64,000 nucleotides of DNA from an uncultured Planctomycetota bacterium (GTDB lineage: Bacteria; Planctomycetota; PLA2; JAEUHO01). The notes below the pieces were generated by a model that searched no databases, had not been told where the DNA came from, and worked only from the letters and a program-made list of their open reading frames with translations. The DNA is taken from assembly GCA_963752285.1 (NCBI GenBank), contig CAVVXN010000005.1:1056001-1120000 (forward strand). The letters run 5' to 3'. Below, in pieces: positions 58,025-64,000 of this stretch; within the stretch, counting starts at the first letter, position 1; the number at the start of each line of letters is the position of its first letter. A program made the position numbers and the translations under genes.

Positions 58025-58356
58025 CGGGGCCCGCGTACGCACGGCCCGCGCCGGGCGGAACGCGGCTCGACCTCAAGGTGGTGCCGGGGGGCGCCCGGGA
58101 CCAGATCGTCGGCCCCCACGGAGAGCGTCTCCGGGTCAAGGTCTCGCGGCCCGCCGCGGGCGGGCAGGCGAACCGCGCCCTCCTCGCGCTCCTCGCGGGG
58201 GCGCTCGGCGTGCCGGCGCGGGACCTCGAGATCACCGCCGGCCACGCCTCGACCGAGAAGCGCGTCCTCGTCTCGGGGCTCGCGCCGGCCGAGGCGGTCC
58301 GCCTCCTCGCGGAGGCGTCGTCGGGGCCGGGTGGCGCCCGACCCCGACGGCGTTGA
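58021..58356 (+). CDS. yggU: DUF167 family protein YggU
   Basis: LKVVPGGARDQIVG...LRVKVSRPAAGGQANRAL...ITAGHASTEK. Confidence 0.88.
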   Translation: MTGPAYARPAPGGTRLDLKVVPGGARDQIVGPHGERLRVKVSRPAAGGQANRALLALLAGALGVPARDLEITAGHASTEKRVLVSGLAPAEAVRLLAEASSGPGGARPRRR

Positions 58357-58404
58357 ACGTGGCCCGTCGCCCGCCCCGCGGACGGGGCGGGCGGGCCGGG
58401 CCAC

Positions 58405-60321
58405 CTACTTCACGTCGAAGTCGGCGTCGATCACGTCGTCGCCCGACTTCTTGGCGCCAGCTCCGGCGTGCGGAGGCGGCTCGGACGCCGGGGGGACGGC
58501 CGCCTGCGCCTTCGCGACCTCCTCGTACATCGCCTTCGCGATCTCCTGGCTCGCGGTCATGAGCTCCTCGATGCCGCGCTCGATCGCCGCCGCGTCGTCC
58601 TTGTCCTTCAGCGCCTCGAGGGCCTTCCGCTTCGTCTCGATGCCCTCCTTGACCGAGGCGGGCACCTTCTCGCCGTGCTCCTTCAGGTGCTTCTCGACCT
58701 GGTAGATCGCGTGCTCGGCCTTGTTCCTCGCCTCGGCGAGCGCGGCGCGCTTCTCGTCCTCGGCCGCGTTCGACTCGGCGTCCTTGCGCATGTTCTCGAC
58801 CTCGTCCTTCGTGAGGCCCGAGGACGACTCGATGCGCACCTTCTGCTCCTTGCCCGTGCCCTTGTCCTTCGCCGACACGCTCAGGATGCCGTTCGCGTCG
58901 ATGTCGAAGGAGACCTCGATCTGCGGGATGCCGCGCGGCGCCGGCGGGATGCCGTCGAGGATGAAGCGCCCGAGCGTGCGGTTGCCGCTCGCCATCTTCC
59001 TCTCGCCCTGCATCACGTGCACCTCGACCTGCGGCTGGTTGTCCGACGCGGTCGAGAAGGTCTCCGACTTCCGGGTGGGGATCGTCGTGTTGCGGGGGAT
59101 CAGGACGTGCATCAGGCTCCCCTGCACCTCCACGCCGAGCGAGAGCGGTGTGACGTCCAGGAGCAGGAGGTCCTGGAGCGTCTCGTCGCCCGAGAGGATG
59201 CCGGCCTGGACCGCGGCGCCGAGGGCCACGGCCTCGTCGGGGTTCACGCCCTTGTTGCCCTCGCGGCCGAAGATCTCCTTCACCAGGGCCTGGACCAGGG
59301 GGATGCGCGTGGAGCCTCCCACCAGCAGCACGTCGGCGAGGTCCGAGGGCGTGATCCGCGCGTCGCGGAGCGCCTGCTCGGAGGGCGGCCGGAGCCGCTC
59401 GATGATGGGCTCGACGAGCTGCTCGAAACGGGCCCGGGAGATCGTCCGCGTGAGGTGCTTCGGACCCGCCGCGTCGGCCGTGATGAACGGCAGGTTGATC
59501 TCCGCCTGCATGCCCTGGGAGAGGTCGATCTTCGCGCGCTCGCACGCCTCGCGGAGGCGGTGGAGCGCCATCGTGTCCTGCCGGACGTCGATGCCCGTCT
59601 CCTGCTTGAACTCGCCGGCCACCCAGTCCACCACGGCCTTGTCGAGGTCGTCGCCGCCGAGGTGCGTGTCGCCGCTCGTGGACTTCACCTCGAAGACCCC
59701 GTCCGAGAGCTCGAGGATCGAGATGTCGAACGTGCCGCCGCCGAAATCGAACACGGCGACCTTGCCGGACTTCTTCCGCTCGAGGCCGAACGACAGCGCC
59801 GCCGCGGTCGGCTCGTTGATGATCCGCTTCACGACGAGGCCCGCGATGACGCCCGCGTCCTTCGTGGCCTGACGTTGCGCGTCGTTGAAGTACGCCGGGA
59901 CGGTGATGACCGCTTCCTTCACGGGCTGACCGAGGTAGTCCTCGGCGGCCTTGCGCAGGTACTGGAGGATCACCGCCGAGATCTCGGGCGGGGTGTACGT
60001 CTTGCTCCGGATCTCGACCTTCACCGGCTCCTCGGGGGCGCCGACGATCTTGTAGGCGACCTGCTTCTCCTCGTCCTGCACCTCGGCGTGCCGGCGGCCC
60101 ATGAATCGCTTGATGCTGTAGACGGTGTTGCGCGGGTTCGTCACGGCCTGGCGCCGCGCGGCCTGCCCGACGAGCCGCTCGCCCCCCTCGGTGAACGCCA
60201 CGACGCTCGGCGTGAGCCGGTGCCCGTCCGGGTTCACGATGACGCGGGGCTCGCCGCCTTCCATGACGGCCACCACGCTGTTCGTGGTCCCGAGGTCGAT
60301 GCCGATGATCTTCTCCGCCAT
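58405..60321 (-). CDS. dnaK: chaperone DnaK
   Basis: [54 protein letters not shown]. Confidence 0.98.
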   Translation of the reverse strand: MAEKIIGIDLGTTNSVVAVMEGGEPRVIVNPDGHRLTPSVVAFTEGGERLVGQAARRQAVTNPRNTVYSIKRFMGRRHAEVQDEEKQVAYKIVGAPEEPVKVEIRSKTYTPPEISAVILQYLRKAAEDYLGQPVKEAVITVPAYFNDAQRQATKDAGVIAGLVVKRIINEPTAAALSFGLERKKSGKVAVFDFGGGTFDISILELSDGVFEVKSTSGDTHLGGDDLDKAVVDWVAGEFKQETGIDVRQDTMALHRLREACERAKIDLSQGMQAEINLPFITADAAGPKHLTRTISRARFEQLVEPIIERLRPPSEQALRDARITPSDLADVLLVGGSTRIPLVQALVKEIFGREGNKGVNPDEAVALGAAVQAGILSGDETLQDLLLLDVTPLSLGVEVQGSLMHVLIPRNTTIPTRKSETFSTASDNQPQVEVHVMQGERKMASGNRTLGRFILDGIPPAPRGIPQIEVSFDIDANGILSVSAKDKGTGKEQKVRIESSSGLTKDEVENMRKDAESNAAEDEKRAALAEARNKAEHAIYQVEKHLKEHGEKVPASVKEGIETKRKALEALKDKDDAAAIERGIEELMTASQEIAKAMYEEVAKAQAAVPPASEPPPHAGAGAKKSGDDVIDADFDVK

Positions 60322-60392
60322 GGGGATCGGTCCTTCCCTGCGGACCTCCGCCTCCCGGCACCGGGCCTGCCGATCCGGCAAGCCCGCCAACG

Positions 60393-61871
60393 CTACCGTG
60401 TCGAATCGACAGCGGCGTCCGCGCCGTCCGGGGGAGAGGTCCTGTATTCCTTGATCTTCCGGTAGAGGGTTCGCGTGCTGAGGCCGAGCAACTGCGAAGC
60501 GCGTTCCCGATTGCCGCCGACGTCGCGGAGCGTGTTCTCGATGAGCGCCCGCTCGACCTGCGGCCAGGGAATGCCCGAGAGCCGGGCGAGGAAGTCGGGA
60601 CCCTCCTCGTCGGGACGGACCCACGCCGGCACGACCTCGAGCGGGATCGTCTCCGACCTCGACATGAGCACCATCGACTCGATCGCGTTCTTGAGCTCGC
60701 GGACGTTGCCCGGCCAGCCGTAGCGGGTCAGGACGTCGAGCGCCTCCGGCGACAGCGCCCGCGCGGGCCGCCCGTGGCGCCGCGCGGCCTCGGCCAGGAA
60801 GTGCTCCGCGAGGTGCGGCAGGTCGGCGAGGCGCTCCCGGAGGGGCGGCAGCTCGACCTGCACGACGCGGAGCCGGAACTCGAGGTCCCCGCGGAAGGTG
60901 CCCTCGCGGACCATCGCGTCGAGGTCGCGGTTCGTCGCGGCGATCAGGCGGACGTCCACGCGGATCGGCTCGTTCGCCCCCACCCGGACGATCTCGCCGA
61001 GCTCCAGGGCGCGGAGCAGGTGGCCCTGCGTCGCGAGGGGCATGTCCCCGATCTCGTCCAGGAAGAGCGTGCCCTTGTCGGCCGCCTCGAAGCGACCCTT
61101 GCGGCGCGCCGTCGCGCCCGTGAACGCGCCCCGCTCGTGGCCGAAGAGCTCGCTCTCGAGCACGCCCTCCGCGAGCGCCGCGCAGTTGAGGGGCAGGAAA
61201 GGCCCTTCGCGGCGCGGCCCCGCGCGGTGGAGCGCGTGGGCGACGAGCTCCTTGCCCGTGCCGCTCTCGCCGCGGATCAGGACCGTCGCGTCGGTGTCCG
61301 CGACCTGGTTCAGGACGTCGAAGACGCGCTGCATCGAGCGCGTCTCGCCGAGGATGCCCGGGAACGCGTACGCCTTGTCGATCGTGGTCCGTAGCTCCCG
61401 GTAGTGGCGCTCGAGCGCGATGCGCTCGGCGGCCGACCGGATCGTCTCGCGGAGGATCCCGAGGTCCACGGGCTTCTGGAGGAAGTGGAGCGCGCCCGCC
61501 TGCATGGCGTGGACCGCGCCCTCCACGGTCCCGTAGCCCGTCACGACCACGCACTGCGGGACCGCTCCGTGCTCGCCGCGAAGCGCCTTCGCGCGCTCCA
61601 CGAGCTCGAGTCCGTCCCGGTCGGGGAGTCGGAGGTCGGTCAGGACGAGGTCGTGCTCGACCTTCTCGAGGCGCCGGATGCCCTCGTCGCCCGAGGCGGC
61701 GATCTCGACCGTGTGGCCCTGCGTCTCGAGCACCTCCGCGATCACCTCGGCGTGCCCGCGGTCGTCCTCGACGAGGAGGATCGAGAGCGGCGCGGTGCGG
61801 CCGGCGGGCGCCGGGGCGCCGTGCGACGAGGCCGCGGGAGCGCTGGGCGGGAGCGGCAGGGAGCTCGTCAT
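60393..61871 (-). CDS. sigma54-dependent response regulator (NtrC family)
   Basis: Receiver domain, [28 protein letters not shown], Fis-type HTH. Confidence 0.94.
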   Translation of the reverse strand: MTSSLPLPPSAPAASSHGAPAPAGRTAPLSILLVEDDRGHAEVIAEVLETQGHTVEIAASGDEGIRRLEKVEHDLVLTDLRLPDRDGLELVERAKALRGEHGAVPQCVVVTGYGTVEGAVHAMQAGALHFLQKPVDLGILRETIRSAAERIALERHYRELRTTIDKAYAFPGILGETRSMQRVFDVLNQVADTDATVLIRGESGTGKELVAHALHRAGPRREGPFLPLNCAALAEGVLESELFGHERGAFTGATARRKGRFEAADKGTLFLDEIGDMPLATQGHLLRALELGEIVRVGANEPIRVDVRLIAATNRDLDAMVREGTFRGDLEFRLRVVQVELPPLRERLADLPHLAEHFLAEAARRHGRPARALSPEALDVLTRYGWPGNVRELKNAIESMVLMSRSETIPLEVVPAWVRPDEEGPDFLARLSGIPWPQVERALIENTLRDVGGNRERASQLLGLSTRTLYRKIKEYRTSPPDGADAAVDSTR

Positions 61872-62105
61872 GAGGCTGACAGGATGTCACGGGCCGGGCG
61901 ACAGGGTGGCAGAAGACCGGGAGCCCGGGTCGGCCCACCCACCCCGGCCCCTTCCCGGTAGGCCCTTCCCGGTAGGCCCGCCCCGGCGCGCGGGCGGGCA
62001 CGACGGGCGCCCGGCGCAACCCCCGTCGGCCCGCCTGCGCCCGTCCACGCGGCGATCGTCCACGCGGCGACCGTCCACGCCGCGGCCCGTCCGCACGGCG
62101 GCCCG

Positions 62106-62879
62106 TCAGCGCGGCGGCCCGGAGAGCGGAAGGCGCAGCACGAAGTCGGTCCCCTTCTCGGACGCGGTCTCGAAGTCGAGGCTCCCGCCGTGCTCCTCGG
62201 CGATGCGCCGCGCCGTCGGGAGGCCGAGGCCGCTCCCCGTGCGACGGCTCGAGTAGTACACGTCCCACACCCGCTCCCGGATCGCGGCGGGGATCCCGGG
62301 CCCGGTGTCGATCACGTCCACGCGCGCCTCCTCGCCGTCGAGGCGCGTCCGTACGATCAGCTCGCGGCGCTTGGGCGTACGCCCCTCGCCCTCGAGCGGC
62401 ATCGTCTCCATCGCCTGGATCGCGTTCAGGACCAGGTTCAGCACGGCCTGTTTCAGGAGCCGCTCGTCGAGCACCACGATCGGGAGGTTGCGGTCGGGAT
62501 AGAACGCGAGGTCCACGCGCGCGCGGACGCACTCGGGCGCGATGAACGCCGTCACCTCCTCGAGCACGCGGTTCAGGTCGGCCTTCGCGAGGTCGAGGCG
62601 CCGGATGCCGGCGTAGCGGAGGAAGTCGTCGAGGATTCCCTCGAGGCGCGAGACCTCGCGTCTCAGGCTCGCCACGCGCCGCGCGGTGCGCCGCTCCCGT
62701 TCGTCCCCTTCGTCCTCCTTCCAGTCTTCTTGCAGGAGCTGGAGGGTGACGTTCATCGTCGAGAGCGGGTTTCGGACCTCGTGCACGAGTCCGCCCGCGA
62801 CCGCGCCGAGGAACGCGAGGCCCCTCGGCGTCGGCGCCTCCGGGGGCGAGCGGCGATCCTCCTCCTGCGCCATCGCCAA
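62106..62879 (-). CDS. cytoplasmic histidine kinase (HisKA + HATPase, no sensor domain)
   Basis: HEVRNPL, NAIQA, DTGPGI, GSGLGL. Confidence 0.9.
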   Translation of the reverse strand: MAMAQEEDRRSPPEAPTPRGLAFLGAVAGGLVHEVRNPLSTMNVTLQLLQEDWKEDEGDERERRTARRVASLRREVSRLEGILDDFLRYAGIRRLDLAKADLNRVLEEVTAFIAPECVRARVDLAFYPDRNLPIVVLDERLLKQAVLNLVLNAIQAMETMPLEGEGRTPKRRELIVRTRLDGEEARVDVIDTGPGIPAAIRERVWDVYYSSRRTGSGLGLPTARRIAEEHGGSLDFETASEKGTDFVLRLPLSGPPR

Positions 62880-62980
62880 GAAGGTACCCGTCCCCGACCC
62901 CCGGGCCCGCGAATCGGCCGTCCCGGGCGGGCTCCGACCACAACCCGGCCATTGTCGCCGTCGCGGGTATGCTCCGGTCG

Positions 62981-64000
62981 ATGCCTACCGAGGTCTTCCA
63001 CCTGAGCGATCGCTCCGCACGCCACGACGAGCTCAGGCGCGCGGGCGAGATCCTCCGGAAAGGCGGCCTGGTCGCCTTCCCGACCGAGACGGTCTACGGC
63101 ATCGCGGTCTCCGCCGACCTGCCCGAGGCCGTCGAGCGCCTCTACGAGCTGAAGGGCCGCCCGCGCACGAAGCCGATGACCCTGATGGTCGCGGAGATCG
63201 CGCCGGTGCTCGAGCGCACCGGCGACGTCGCGGGCACGGCGCGGAGCCTCATGCGTCGCTTCTGGCCCGGGCCGCTGACGCTCGTGCTTCCCGACAAGGA
63301 GGGACGCCTCACGGGCTTCCGGCTGCCGTCCCACCCGATGGCGCGCGGTCTCGTGCGCGAGGCCGGCGTGCCGCTCCTCGTCCCGAGCGCGAACCGCTCG
63401 GGCGAGCCGGCCGCGACGACGGCTGAGGAGGTGCTCCGGCAGTTCCCGAAGGAGCTCGACCTCGTGATCGACGGCGGGCCCGCCGACGGCGGCGTCGCCA
63501 GCACGGTGGTGCAGGTCGTGGACGACACCCTCACGGTGCTCCGCGAGGGCGCGATCCCCGAGAGCCGCCTGAGCGACCCGTACAAGGCGACGATCCTCTT
63601 CGTGTGCCGCGGCAACACCGACCGGAGCCCACTGGCGGCCGCGATCCTGCGCCGGCATCTCGCGCACCTCCTTGGCGTCTCCGACGACGAGGTCGAGTCC
63701 GAGGGCTACCGCATCATCAGCGCGGGGCTCGCCGCCCGTGAGGGCCAGCCCGCGTCGGTGTTCTCGCGCCGCGTCGCGCGCGCGTGGGAGGACGGTCCCC
63801 TCGCGCTCGACGGCCACCGCGCCCACACGCTCACGACCGAGATGGTCGAGTCGGCGACGCGGATCTTCTGCATGGAGAGGGAGCAGCGGGAACAGATCCT
63901 GGCGTTCTTCCCCCACCGGGACCGCGACGTCCTGCTCCTCGACCCCGAGGGTCAGGACGTGAAGGACCCCGCGGGCCGCTCGTTCGAGGCCTACCAGCGG
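62981..64000 (+). CDS. tsaC: threonylcarbamoyl-AMP synthase (TsaC/Sua5) fused to an LMW-PTP-family phosphatase (partial, runs off the window)
   Basis: ATG at 62981; [30 protein letters not shown] then [15 protein letters not shown]...DP. Confidence 0.9.
   Translation, partial: MPTEVFHLSDRSARHDELRRAGEILRKGGLVAFPTETVYGIAVSADLPEAVERLYELKGRPRTKPMTLMVAEIAPVLERTGDVAGTARSLMRRFWPGPLTLVLPDKEGRLTGFRLPSHPMARGLVREAGVPLLVPSANRSGEPAATTAEEVLRQFPKELDLVIDGGPADGGVASTVVQVVDDTLTVLREGAIPESRLSDPYKATILFVCRGNTDRSPLAAAILRRHLAHLLGVSDDEVESEGYRIISAGLAAREGQPASVFSRRVARAWEDGPLALDGHRAHTLTTEMVESATRIFCMEREQREQILAFFPHRDRDVLLLDPEGQDVKDPAGRSFEAYQR

Noticed and set aside
53600..58042. Very long antisense or alternative-frame ORFs (also 830..3655, 5368..8742, 12010..14808, 58468..60465)
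   Set aside because: Shadows of real genes caused by stop-codon scarcity at high GC; no recognisable motifs.
61945..62105. Short 14-15 bp repeats between the kinase and the response regulator
   Set aside because: Two or three degenerate GC-rich copies, best explained as slippage repeats; no function can be supported.
58405..62952. 1515-aa DnaK fusion
   Set aside because: DnaK starts at ATG 60321 after a GGAAGGA RBS; the upstream extension overlaps the two-component genes in another frame.

Overview
High-GC bacterial chromosome segment, probably Planctomycetota (inferred from the TsaC-LMW-PTP fusion, several membrane Ser/Thr kinases and a planctomycete-type pilin-head domain). 1-22 kb holds intact accessory genes: PAS hybrid kinase, Pit/DUF47, lipoproteins, cNMP-FAD oxidoreductase, MarR-ClC and an S1-domain protein. 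43.7-64 kb holds intact core genes: ppx, ppk2, accD, rpe, gap, tilS, tatA, yggS, FHA-kinase, yggU, dnaK, an NtrC-like two-component pair and tsaC. Between them (~22-43.7 kb) is foreign DNA accumulated at the 3' end of tRNA-Asn(GTT). The right part (33801-43676) is a ~9.9 kb element bounded by a 51-bp direct repeat of the tRNA 3' part. It encodes a tyrosine integrase, an excisionase, HTH/RHH regulators, a DnaB-N/AAA helicase followed by an iteron-like cluster, and two terminase-small-subunit-like genes, with no structural genes, so it looks like a PICI-like phage satellite. It also carries a toxin-antitoxin-SecB chaperone (TAC) operon. The left part is an apparently older remnant: HNH-cos-like-Phd-terS, nested IS66/IS21/IS3, and a very large kinase-WD40-pilin-head gene. 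Many island genes have single-base indels, which could be decay or local sequencing error. All assignments come from motif recognition by eye; no searches were run.
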